A DNA stretch of 61,210 bases, filler included, from 7 parts of 7 records of this genome joined end to end with filler, not necessarily neighbours in it; one strand, 5' to 3'; numbered from the whole stretch's first letter, positions 1 through 9,257 are shown. The notes: a model not told the origin generated them from the sequence alone. A program made the numbers and translations.

Positions 1-28
1 GATCCTCGGGTCAAGCCCGAGGATGACA
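1..28. repeat. REP-like palindromic repeat (right arm; left arm lies outside the window)
   Basis: GATCCTCGGGTCAAGCCCGAGGATGACA has an internal inverted repeat (ATCCTCGGG..CCCGAGGAT). It is near-identical to 1997-2024 and the reverse complement of 1945-1972. Confidence 0.8.
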
Positions 29-71
29 ATCTAAAAGAATTGTAAGAAGGGGCGAAAATAAGAGGTAGATT

Positions 72-1055
72 ATGTGTCCAGTTAATAAATCTAGTGCCGT
101 TGCTGGTGAGTTAGGTGCTGGCGCCCATCTTATTGATCAGACTTTAGCAAATCGATTAAATAAGGAAAATATTTGGGAACTTCTAAGTAATCTTCCTGGT
201 GAATTTACAAAACAGGATATCTTAGACCATCTTAAGTTTAAGAGTTCTCAGCTTGCTGACCTCATCCAGAATTTTCAGACATATTCAACTCAAGGTGAAC
301 CTCAGCCACCAAAGATGGCGATGATGGCTGATATGAGTGCAGAAAATGCCTTTATGGCCGAAGATGAATTGATTTTGGCTGAATTGATGGCTCAGACCTT
401 AAAAGGGAAGGCTGCAACAACTTCACAATCAAAGAGTTCGACAGCAGGTTCTGGTGGAAAGTTTTCCACCATGGGAGCGAAATCATCTGAAAAAGCCGGT
501 GAAGAGGGGGCTTCAGGGGACGGTGCTCCCGCAGGATCTCAGGTTGTTGGCGGGGCTATTGTTGCTGAGGGTGAATCCCTGCTAGGTGAGGTTCAGGATT
601 TTTTAACTTCATTTAATGACAAAGTTTTTGAGATTCAGCTTCAAGGTGAGTTATCAAAGAAAAATGCAGAGTTGTTGGAAGAGATACAGAAAATTATAGC
701 GATGGTGAGGAGTGGAAAGATAGATGCTGTTTTTCTATTGGTTGCGTTAGCAAAATATAACTGTTCAAAGAATGGTTTGATTTTTACTCAATATGGACAG
801 AGAATGTTTAGGCTCAATGATCAGTCAAATACAATTCTTCAAGAGTTGTATGGTCCAAAGGGCGGGGATTTTGCGTCTGTTCAGATGATTACTCAGAAAC
901 AGAAAGAAATTGCTCAATCACAACAGATGTTGATGCAGGATATGCAGAAAATTACTCAGAATATCGAATCAACAATGTCATTTGCAAAATCTGCAATTGA
1001 TGAAATATTTAAGACGAGACTACATATCATTAACGCACCATTTAAGAACTTATAA
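72..1055 (+). CDS. Hypothetical helical protein; candidate T3SS substrate (translocator/filament-like)
   Basis: 327-aa ORF with AGAGG RBS. It has a Ser/Gly/Ala low-complexity linker, a coiled-coil, a short hydrophobic stretch (AVFLLVALA) and a Q/M-rich C-terminal amphipathic helix. It lies 27 bp upstream of the SycD-like chaperone. The function is inferred. Confidence 0.55.
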   Translation: MCPVNKSSAVAGELGAGAHLIDQTLANRLNKENIWELLSNLPGEFTKQDILDHLKFKSSQLADLIQNFQTYSTQGEPQPPKMAMMADMSAENAFMAEDELILAELMAQTLKGKAATTSQSKSSTAGSGGKFSTMGAKSSEKAGEEGASGDGAPAGSQVVGGAIVAEGESLLGEVQDFLTSFNDKVFEIQLQGELSKKNAELLEEIQKIIAMVRSGKIDAVFLLVALAKYNCSKNGLIFTQYGQRMFRLNDQSNTILQELYGPKGGDFASVQMITQKQKEIAQSQQMLMQDMQKITQNIESTMSFAKSAIDEIFKTRLHIINAPFKNL

Positions 1056-1082
1056 TTTTATTTATACATACGGGTTAGGAAT

Positions 1083-1832
1083 ATGGTTGATGAAACAGGT
1101 TCAGTAAGTAGCGGTTCAAAGGGCGTTCCTCTAATAGGTCCGGATGCTTCAAGACGTAAAAGACTTGTAGAGTTGTTGCAGGCTTTTTTGGATGATAAAG
1201 TCAGCATGGCTGAGCTTAGAGGAATTGGAAAAGATAAGCTTTTTCTATTGGCCGAAGCTGGTTATGTGAAATTTAAGCATGGCAGAATTCAAGAAGCTGA
1301 AAAAATATACCAGGCTTTAATAGTTCTCGACCATAGAAATGCCTACTATCATTCGGTTATGGGTGCAATCCATCAAAAGAAAGAGAGACCTGTTGAGGCA
1401 ATTCTTGAATATACAAGGGCTATTCAGATAGATAAGAAGGATCTCTCCTGTTATGTAAATCGCGGTGAGATTTACTTGCGCCATAAGAATTTCAGAAAGG
1501 CAGCAGAGGATTTCAGACAAGCAATAGTTATGGATGCCTCAGGTAGAAATCTTTGGGCAAATAGGGCAAGATCTTTAGTGATAGCCTTGAAGAGAACTTT
1601 AGAAACTCAAAAGAGAGTCAGTGCAAGACCTTCAAGAGGAGTTGTCTCAGGGCCGACAGATGCTGCAGCAAAAGATTCAGGTAGGGCTCCAAAATCAGCA
1701 ACACCTGTTCCTCCAACCAGAGCCAAAGCAACTCCAAAACCAAAGAGAAAGGCTCCAGCAAGAAGACCCGCAACCAAACGAACAGCAACATCAAGACCGC
1801 CAGCAAAGAAACCTATTAAAAAAGAAGAATAA
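1083..1832 (+). CDS. TPR protein, SycD/LcrH (class II T3SS translocator chaperone)-like, with basic Pro/Ala/Lys tail
   Basis: N-terminal AFLDDKVSMAELRGIGKDKL helix followed by three TPRs (GYVKFKHGRIQEAEKIYQALIVLD; YYHSVMGAIHQ; YVNRGEIYL), the SycD/IpgC layout. Confidence 0.75.
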   Translation: MVDETGSVSSGSKGVPLIGPDASRRKRLVELLQAFLDDKVSMAELRGIGKDKLFLLAEAGYVKFKHGRIQEAEKIYQALIVLDHRNAYYHSVMGAIHQKKERPVEAILEYTRAIQIDKKDLSCYVNRGEIYLRHKNFRKAAEDFRQAIVMDASGRNLWANRARSLVIALKRTLETQKRVSARPSRGVVSGPTDAAAKDSGRAPKSATPVPPTRAKATPKPKRKAPARRPATKRTATSRPPAKKPIKKEE

Positions 1833-1865
1833 CGTAGGCATGCCGGCCTGAGTTCTGTTTTCGCT

Positions 1866-1892
1866 GGATTGCCGCGCTTCGCTCGCAGTGAC
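1866..1892. repeat. Second REP-like palindrome family, single copy
   Basis: GGATTGCCGCGCTTCGCTCGCAGTGAC resembles the widespread GGATTGC..CTTCGCTCGCAATGAC intergenic element. Confidence 0.5.
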
Positions 1893-1944
1893 ACTATCTG
1901 TAAGTAATAGGCTTCTATACAAGGTCGAGAAGTATAACACCATC

Positions 1945-2024
1945 TGTCGTCCTCGGGCTTGACCCGAGGATCTCGTTATATTTACTGTATGCTCTAGATC
2001 CCCGGGTCACGCCCGAGGATGACA
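1945..2024. repeat. Inverted pair of REP-like palindromes (REPIN-like)
   Basis: TGTCGTCCTCGGGCTTGACCCGAGGATCT (1945-1973) and AGATCCCCGGGTCACGCCCGAGGATGACA (1996-2024) are near-exact reverse complements around a 22-nt spacer. Confidence 0.85.
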
Positions 2025-2067
2025 TAAAACTACGAGTTTGGAATGGTTAAAAGGATTATAAATTACA

Positions 2068-2105
2068 AAGAAAGCCCGTAGTGAGGAATCACTACGGGCT
2101 TTCTT
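2068..2105. terminator. Intrinsic terminator between convergent transcription units, probably bidirectional
   Basis: Perfect stem AAGAAAGCCCGTAGTGA / TCACTACGGGCTTTCTT, 14 bp past the stop of the sigma54 activator. Confidence 0.85.
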
Positions 2106-2119
2106 GTGCTAAATAAATG

Positions 2120-3520
2120 TTAAGACTTTATACCATATTTCTTCAATAGATTGCGGATATGTTTTCTATCGATCTTTGCCTCTCGTGCGGCGGCAGAGAT
2201 ATTGTTGTTATTTCTCTTTAAGAGTTCAACAAGATAGTCTTTTTCAAACAATTCAACAATCTTCTGCTTTGCTTCCTTAAATGGAAGATCTGTTGATGTG
2301 ATAAGTCTTTCAGTGAATTCTTCTTCATGCTCTATTTCAGAAAATACGAATTCGAGATGAGCCTTTGTTAATGTGTCACCGTCTGCAAAAGAGGTTGCTC
2401 TTTCAATGATATTTAGAAGTTCACGAACGTTGCCAGGCCATTGGTATCTTTTAAGCATTTTAATCGCTTCATCGTCTACCTTTGAGACTCTGTATTTTCC
2501 ACCAGGAAGCATGTTGAAGCGCCCAGTTGTTAAGAAGCGTTCGACCATTGGCTCTACATCTTCTGGTCTTTCAGCGAGTGATGGAAGGTGGATTTTAACA
2601 ACAGAGAGTCTATAGTAGAGATCTTCTCTAAAACGTCCCTCTGCAACTTCTTTCTTCAAGTCTCTATTTGTTGCGCAGATAACTCGAACATCAGTTTTTA
2701 GTGTTGCATTTGATCCAACCCTTTTGACTTCTCTTTGTTCTAAGGCTCTTAAGAGTTTTGGCTGTAGATCAAGGGTGAGTTCTCCGATTTCGTCCAAAAA
2801 TATTGTTCCACCCTTTGCTTCTTCGAATGCGCCTTTTCTTGATTTAATAGCTCCTGTAAATGCACCTTTCTCATGTCCAAATAGTTCACTCTCGATCAAG
2901 TTTGGAGCTACTGCAGAACAGTCAAAGACGACAAATGGTCTGTTTCTTCTTGAGCTATGCTCATGAATGGCTTGAGCAACAAGATCTTTACCAGTTCCGG
3001 TATCACCTTCAATAACAACTGTAGCAAGAGTTGGTGCTATTCTCTCAAGAATAGTAAAAATCTGCCTCATTTTAGGAGTTGTGCCAATCATTTTGCCAAA
3101 CTCTGATTTTGTAGAAGGCTCAATTTTTACCTTTTCATCAAAAGCTGTGAATTCAAGAGTTGTGTTTCCTATTTTAACCCTGTCACCCGGAGCAAGGTAG
3201 GCTTCTTTAACTTTTGTTCCGTTAACGTAGGTTCCATTTGTAGAGTTTAGATCACGTAAAAGATAACTGTCAGATGTTTGGGTTATCTCTATATGATTTC
3301 TAGAAACTGTTTTATCTGTGAGTACAAGATCGCAGTCTTCCTTTTTGCCTATAACTGAGATATTTTTTGAAAGCGTATATTTCTCACCTTGGTCAGAACC
3401 ACTTAAGACAGTAAACTGACATTTTCTCAGAGATATTACATCTCCACCTTCGTCAGTTTTAAGTAGCTGAGTACTGCTTTCGAAATCTTTTTCATTTGCT
3501 GGGTTGTCTTTTGTAACCAT
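2120..3520 (-). CDS. FHA-domain sigma54-dependent enhancer-binding protein (FHA-AAA+-HTH Fis)
   Basis: FHA motifs (IGK..CD..L.D.TVSRNH; DLNSTNGT), Walker A GDTGTGKD, GAFTGA, FLDEIGE, WPGNVREL, and a C-terminal HTH. Confidence 0.95.
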   Translation of the reverse strand: MVTKDNPANEKDFESSTQLLKTDEGGDVISLRKCQFTVLSGSDQGEKYTLSKNISVIGKKEDCDLVLTDKTVSRNHIEITQTSDSYLLRDLNSTNGTYVNGTKVKEAYLAPGDRVKIGNTTLEFTAFDEKVKIEPSTKSEFGKMIGTTPKMRQIFTILERIAPTLATVVIEGDTGTGKDLVAQAIHEHSSRRNRPFVVFDCSAVAPNLIESELFGHEKGAFTGAIKSRKGAFEEAKGGTIFLDEIGELTLDLQPKLLRALEQREVKRVGSNATLKTDVRVICATNRDLKKEVAEGRFREDLYYRLSVVKIHLPSLAERPEDVEPMVERFLTTGRFNMLPGGKYRVSKVDDEAIKMLKRYQWPGNVRELLNIIERATSFADGDTLTKAHLEFVFSEIEHEEEFTERLITSTDLPFKEAKQKIVELFEKDYLVELLKRNNNNISAAAREAKIDRKHIRNLLKKYGIKS

Positions 3521-3533
3521 TTTTAAACTCCTA

Positions 3534-6062
3534 TTACTGTTTTTCGAGCATTACGTTGAAACTCTTGCTTGGCGCATTCCCCATTTTAAAGCTTCTTGAC
3601 CATCCTCTGTAACCAGGTAAAGAAACGCTTACGCTGTTTGTTCTGTCGCGTCTAACTTTTCTGATTGTAACCGGTGTTTTTGCACCAATGTTTTGTCCGT
3701 TGAAAATAACAGTTGCTCTCGGAGGTGTTGTTGAGATTGAAACCTCGCCGTAGAGACCCCCTAATGTTACCGTTCCAAGACTCTTAGTTTGTCCTGACTT
3801 TACATTTACTCTTGTTGAATAATTCATATATCCCTGTTTGCTGACTAAGATTTTTGTGCTTCCAGAAGGTACTTTAACTGAGACAGGGGTTCTGCCTCTA
3901 TGCTCTGCATTGATAAAAACATCTGCCCCTCTCGGATTTGAACTGACCTTAATTGTTCCCATTCCGCCTTTCGAAGGCTGCGGGGTTGGTGTTGGGGTCG
4001 GCGTTGGAGTAGGTGTAGGCGTTGGGGTCGGTGTTGGAGTAGGTGTAGGAGTCGCCGATTTTGCAGCCAATGTTCCTGCAACGCTTTGTTGCCTTTCACT
4101 TGCCATGTAGACTTTCTTAGACCAGCTCTTATAATTCGGTTTTGTTAATTTTACTGTATATGTTTTGTTGACCTTTAAGTTGGATAATGTTGCTGGAGTT
4201 CTTTTCCCCGTGTTTCTTCCTGCAAGGTATATGTTAGCTCCTGAAGGACTTGATGTTACCCTAAGTGTTGTTGTCTTAACTTCTTCAGGTTTTTTTTCTG
4301 TTAATTTTCCAGATATCGAAACTTCAGCTTTTGAAAGTGTTACTGTTCTTGTAAAGCCAGTGTGGTTTTTCTTGTCTACACGAATGGTGTATTTGTTGCC
4401 TTGCACTAAGTCTGACAGGACTGTTGGCGTTGTTTTGCCTGTTCTTTTACCATTTAAATAGACAGCTGCCCCTTTAGGCGTAGAGTTAACTCTGATTTTT
4501 CCGTAAAGAATTTTTTCCATCTTTGCTTCAAGGTCTACTGGTTTTGTACCTTCTAGGGTTAGCGTTTTTGTAAATTCTTTGTAGTCTTTTAGTTTTAGAG
4601 CAACAGTCATCTCTTTTTTGAGCTCTAAGCTAGAAACGGTTGTAGGTGTCTTTTTCTCGATATCTTCTTTATCAATGAATATTTGAGCGCCTGCAGGTTC
4701 TGAAGTTATTTTAAGAGTTCCCATCTCTTTGCTTAGAGTGAGATTTATTGTCATTGGCTCGGTTGATGTAGCCAAAACTGTATGCGTTAAATCGGCAAAT
4801 CCTTCTTTACGTAGTTTAAGATTGTATTGTTTGTTTATCTCAAGATCTTCTAGAATTGCTGGCGTTGAGAGATCCGTCTCTTTACCATCCAGAAAGATTT
4901 TTGCCCCAATAGGTGTAGAGTTTATGCTCACTGTTCCAGTTCTTGCTGTAGGTTTACCAAACCACTCAGGATGTAACCATTTCCAATAACTAAAACCGGC
5001 TACAGCTATTACTGCAAGTAGAAGAATAAGAGAGATTGTCCTGCGAACAGCCTGTTTCCGTTTAATGTGCGTCATCTCTGTGTGAAAACCGGGCGGTGGC
5101 GTTCCTCCTCCGGAAAGGGGTTGAACTCGCGTGGCTTTCATTGTAACGCCGGTATCTTCACGGTGAACAATGTTCTCCTGCATCGCTTGTTCGGCAACGT
5201 TGATCGAACTTGTTTGAGCTTCGAGAGCTGCTTCTCTTGCAGCATGTTCGTGCTGACGGTCAAGTTCGCTTTTAAAGAGATCTTGGATAAAAGCTGCTAG
5301 TTTCTGGGGTGAAAAGTCCATGTATGTTTGATAGAGGTATTTCGTCAGCTCGATTTGCATGTCGCCAGCCGTCTGAAATCTATCTTTTGGAAAATATGTC
5401 AGAGCTTTTGCCAAAATAGTTTTTAGAGGATCAGGGATGTCTTCAGGAAACTTTGATTCGTCAATTTTTGTTGTGCGAATCTTTTTCAGAACTTCAAACT
5501 GACTTTCACCAGTAAAGAGTTTTTCTTGTGTTAAAATTTCATAAAGGACAATACCAGTTGAAAAGATGTCCGTTCTTGCATCTATTGTCTTTCCGAGGGC
5601 TTGCTCGGGAGACATATAGGCAATTTTACCTTTTAGGATCCCGGCCATGGTGTGAGAAATGTTCATAGCAGCTTTGGCGATACCAAAATCCACGATTTTT
5701 ACTTCACCCTCGTATGAGATCAAAATGTTTTGAGGGCTGATATCTCTGTGAACAATGTTTAGAGGATCGTTGTTTTGATCAGCTTTTCTATGGGCGTAAT
5801 CTAAACCTTTGCAGACTTCACTGATCATGTAGACAGCAAGTTCTGTAGGTATAGTTACATCTTTCTCTCTGCATCTGTAGATGATGTCTCTCAAGTTAGG
5901 GCCGTTGATAAATTCCATTGAGATGAAATAATCTTCACCGACTTTTCCCAAATCGTAAACTTGAACGATGTTTGCATGAGAAAGCAAAACCGAAAGCTTT
6001 GCTTCATCAGTCAACATTGTAATAAAGTCTTTATCGGCACTACAGTGTGGAAGAATCCTTTT
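3534..6062 (-). CDS. Membrane Hanks-type Ser/Thr kinase with six extracellular PEGA domains (5'-truncated)
   Basis: HRDISPQN, DFG and YMSPEQ motifs; one TM helix (ISLILLLAVIAVAGFSYW); six G.l.v.S.P.GA.v.idG repeats. The frame stays open to the contig edge (KRILPHCSADKDFITML). Confidence 0.93.
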   Translation of the reverse strand, partial: KRILPHCSADKDFITMLTDEAKLSVLLSHANIVQVYDLGKVGEDYFISMEFINGPNLRDIIYRCREKDVTIPTELAVYMISEVCKGLDYAHRKADQNNDPLNIVHRDISPQNILISYEGEVKIVDFGIAKAAMNISHTMAGILKGKIAYMSPEQALGKTIDARTDIFSTGIVLYEILTQEKLFTGESQFEVLKKIRTTKIDESKFPEDIPDPLKTILAKALTYFPKDRFQTAGDMQIELTKYLYQTYMDFSPQKLAAFIQDLFKSELDRQHEHAAREAALEAQTSSINVAEQAMQENIVHREDTGVTMKATRVQPLSGGGTPPPGFHTEMTHIKRKQAVRRTISLILLLAVIAVAGFSYWKWLHPEWFGKPTARTGTVSINSTPIGAKIFLDGKETDLSTPAILEDLEINKQYNLKLRKEGFADLTHTVLATSTEPMTINLTLSKEMGTLKITSEPAGAQIFIDKEDIEKKTPTTVSSLELKKEMTVALKLKDYKEFTKTLTLEGTKPVDLEAKMEKILYGKIRVNSTPKGAAVYLNGKRTGKTTPTVLSDLVQGNKYTIRVDKKNHTGFTRTVTLSKAEVSISGKLTEKKPEEVKTTTLRVTSSPSGANIYLAGRNTGKRTPATLSNLKVNKTYTVKLTKPNYKSWSKKVYMASERQQSVAGTLAAKSATPTPTPTPTPTPTPTPTPTPTPTPQPSKGGMGTIKVSSNPRGADVFINAEHRGRTPVSVKVPSGSTKILVSKQGYMNYSTRVNVKSGQTKSLGTVTLGGLYGEVSISTTPPRATVIFNGQNIGAKTPVTIRKVRRDRTNSVSVSLPGYRGWSRSFKMGNAPSKSFNVMLEKQ
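3980..4055 (-). repeat. (Thr-Pro)n linker containing a 30-nt tandem duplication
   Basis: GTTGGGGTCGG(C/T)GTTGGAGTAGGTGTAGG(C/A) occurs twice at 3991-4050 and encodes TPTPTP... between PEGA4 and PEGA5. Confidence 0.9.
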
Positions 6063-6162
6063 NNNNNNNNNNNNNNNNNNNNNNNNNNNNNNNNNNNNNN
6101 NNNNNNTTAATTAATTAANNNNNNNNNNNNNNNNNNNNNNNNNNNNNNNNNNNNNNNNNNNN
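6063..6162. other. Artificial contig spacer
   Basis: N44-TTAATTAATTAA-N44. Confidence 0.99.
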
Positions 6163-6729
6163 CCCCTGACGGGCCAATTTATCAATCACCGGGCCGCCCG
6201 GATAGCCCAGTTTGAGCATCTTGGCAACTTTGTCGAAGGCTTCACCAGCCGCATCATCGACGGTTCGCCCCAGAAGCCGGTAGCGACCGATCCCGTCAAC
6301 CCGGTACAGGTGAGTGTGACCACCCGAAACAGCGGCTGCCAGAAACGGATAGTCAACGTTCTGCTCCAGCTGAATAGCGAGTATGTGTCCTTCGATGTGA
6401 TGGACGCCAATCAGAGGAATCCCCAATCCGTATGCAAGGGCTTTGGCAAATGAGACTCCCACCAGAAGGGCACCGACCAGACCCGGCCCTCGGGTCACAG
6501 CAATGCCATCCAGATCCTGCAAACTGACACCAGCCTTCTGAAGCGACTCTTCGACCAGAGGGTTGATCACTTCGAGGTGCCGACGTGACGCAAGTTCTGG
6601 AACAACACCACCATAGACGGCGTGCAGATCAACCTGAGACGCAATCACATTGGACAGGACCTCACGACCGTCTTTGACAACAGCAGCGGCTGTTTCGTCG
6701 CAGGAACTTTCCAGGGCAAGTACAAGCAT
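6163..6729 (-). CDS. tsaD: tRNA threonylcarbamoyltransferase TsaD (3'-truncated)
   Basis: [38 protein letters not shown] and [10 protein letters not shown] motifs. Confidence 0.97.
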
Positions 6730-6758
6730 TGTTTGTTCGTCCTATCTTCTATCAGTCT

Positions 6759-8073
6759 CTATAAAAGATTCGCAGCCAGCTCAGCGAGAGAAGAGCGTTC
6801 GCCCTTGCTGAGGGTTGTATGTCCAGCGATATCCTGCCCCTTGAGCCGTTCTACGGAATAGGACAGGCCGTTACTAGCAGAATCAACGTAAGGGTTATCG
6901 ATCTGGTAGGGGTCACCCGTCAGGATGATCTTTGTCCCCTCCCCGCACGGGTAATGATCGTTTTAATTTCGTGGGGCGTCAGGTTCTGCGCCTCATCAAC
7001 AATCATATACTGTTTCGGAATTGAGCGTCCACGGATATAGGTCAGCGGCTCGATCTCCATCAGCCCAAGGTCGATCAATTCGCGATACCCCCGTTTACGT
7101 TTACCGCTTTCATCCCACGATGACAGCAGCAATTCAACATTATCGAAAATCGGCTGCATCCAGGGGGCCAGCTTCTCTTCGACATCACCCGGCAGAAACC
7201 CGAGGTCACGTCCCATCGGGAACACTGGTCTGGAGACGAGAAGTCGATTGTAAGCGCCCTCATCAGCCGTCTTCAAAAGGCCGGCGGCAATCGCCAGCAG
7301 GGTCTTCCCGGTTCCGGCCTTACCGACCAGAGAAACAACCTGAACATCGTCATTCAACAGAAGATCAAAGGCAAACTGCTGCTCACGGTTTCGGGGATGG
7401 ATCCCCCAGACCCCTCCTTCGGTGTCTTGATCAAGTTGACGATTTCACCGCTGATGCCATTGTAGCGCCCGATAGCCGTATGAGAAACGTTCGTTTCATC
7501 GATCAGGGTGACACCCTGATTGGCGAAAAAATCACCGTCAACAGCGAGAGAGCCCTCTTCAAAAAACTGGTCGATTTTCTCCTTTGGAAGATAAACTTCA
7601 GCGGTCCCCGTATACAGGTCTTCGACCGGGATCTTGTCATTCTGGTAGTCCTCAGCAGACATTCCAATTGTGTCGGCTTTGATCCTTAAATTTATATCTT
7701 TGGTAACGAAGAGTACCGTCCCTTCAGGAGAGCTCTCCTGAAGATCTTTTGCCACGGCCAGAATCCTGTTGTCCCCCTGGTCAATTCTCAATTCGGGGGG
7801 CAATTTCTGAAGAAATTCTTCTTTATAGATGGCAACTTTCAGCGTCCCTCCATTCTCAAGAGGCACACCTTCGACCAGTTTATAATCATGCCGAAAGGCA
7901 TCGATCATACGTGAGATCTGCCGGGCATTCCGACCCGTTTCACTTTGATCTTTTTTGAACCGATCGATCTCTTCAATCACCGTCAGGGGAAGAATGACAT
8001 TGTTATCCGAAAACTTCATGATCGCTTGCGGGTCATGGAGCAGAACATTTGTATCAAGCACATAATTTTTCAT
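6759..8073 (-). CDS. phoH: PIN-domain PhoH-family ATPase (PhoH2/YlaK), split by two 1-nt frameshifts
   Basis: [15 protein letters not shown] start, [20 protein letters not shown] and DEAQN motifs. Restoring a G at about 7412 and about 6942 gives [13 protein letters not shown] and [12 protein letters not shown]...[14 protein letters not shown]. Confidence 0.92.
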
Positions 8074-8116
8074 CAAATTTAAATCCCTGGTTAGACTGCG
8101 ATCTCGATCAGGAGCG

Positions 8117-9257
8117 TCAAAGTTCACTGACAGATTGCAGAAAGTAAGATATATCAGCGACACTCGTCAGGCAGCCCGGACTGACTCGGATCGTGCCCTC
8201 CGGATAGGTGCCGATGGTTCGATGTGCATCAGGAGCACAGTGAAGTCCGCCACGAACAGCGATCCCCTTCTCCCTGTCGAGCCAGGAAACCACATCGGAC
8301 GGATCGCGACCGGACAGGTTAAAAAGAGACTGCGTCACCTCGATTATTAGAGTTTGATGGACCGTACACAGCAACGCCCGGGAGATCGCTTAACCCTTTG
8401 ACCAATCGGTCAACACAGCGGACCGCTTCGGAGCGGATGGTGTCCATCCCGCGCTCTGATAAATATGTCACCCCGGCGTTCAGCCCTGCCAGCCCCGGCA
8501 GATTCAACGTCCCGGATTCCAGCCTTTCCGGTAAAAGTGCAGGTTGATCGTCTGAATGGGAATTGGCTCCCGTGCCACCATAAACCAACGGCACAAGATC
8601 AGCGTTCGGAGCCGAATAAAGAAATCCTGTTCCCTGAGGTCCAAGCAGGTTTTTATGACCCGGAGCAGCAAACAGATCGATCGCCGATGCTGTCAGGTTG
8701 ATCGGAACAGCCCCGGCACTCTGAGAACCATCGACCATAAAACAGATCCCCTGTTCATGGCACCAGGGGCCAAGCCGTTCTACCGGTTGCAGCGAGCCGA
8801 TCACATTGGAGCAATGATTCATGACCAGCAAACGCGTCGGTTCTTCGAGGCAGGCCTGCTTCATCTGCTCAACGTCGACGATGCCGCTGTCTGCATCAGC
8901 CTCTACTTTTCTGACTTTGACACCAAGAGACTGAAGCGCCTTCAATGGTCTTATAACAGCATTATGCTCTATCGATGTTGTCACCACCCGATCACCGGGT
9001 CGCAAAAGGCCGAAAAGGGCCTGATTGATTGCCGTGGTCGCATTCGGTGTAAAGATAAAGCGTTCAGAATCGGAAGCATTGAAAAACTCGGCCAGCAGTT
9101 CGCGCGTCTCAAAAATAAGACGATCAGCGTTCTGAGCTAGATGATGGCTTCCCCTCCCAGAACTTCCGCCACGCCGCAATGTTTCTTCAACAGCTCTATA
9201 GACCGCCTCCGGTTTCGGATGACTGGTTGCGGCATTATCGAGATAGATAGATTTCAT
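8117..9257 (-). CDS. Cysteine desulfurase family (aminotransferase class V), frameshift at about 8323
   Basis: YLDNAATS, EHNAV, DGSQ and PGHK (PLP Lys) motifs; the C-terminal RGGLHCAP is in the adjacent frame. Confidence 0.92.

Noticed and set aside
1945-2024. Palindromic repeats as a CRISPR array
   Set aside because: The copies are inverted rather than direct, there are no regular spacers, and no cas genes are present.
3838-4110. Plus-strand ORF with a (GV)n repeat
   Set aside because: It is the antisense shadow of the kinase Thr-Pro linker.
6107-6118. Recurring TTAATTAATTAA as a biological repeat
   Set aside because: It is always centred in N-runs and is a six-frame stop linker.
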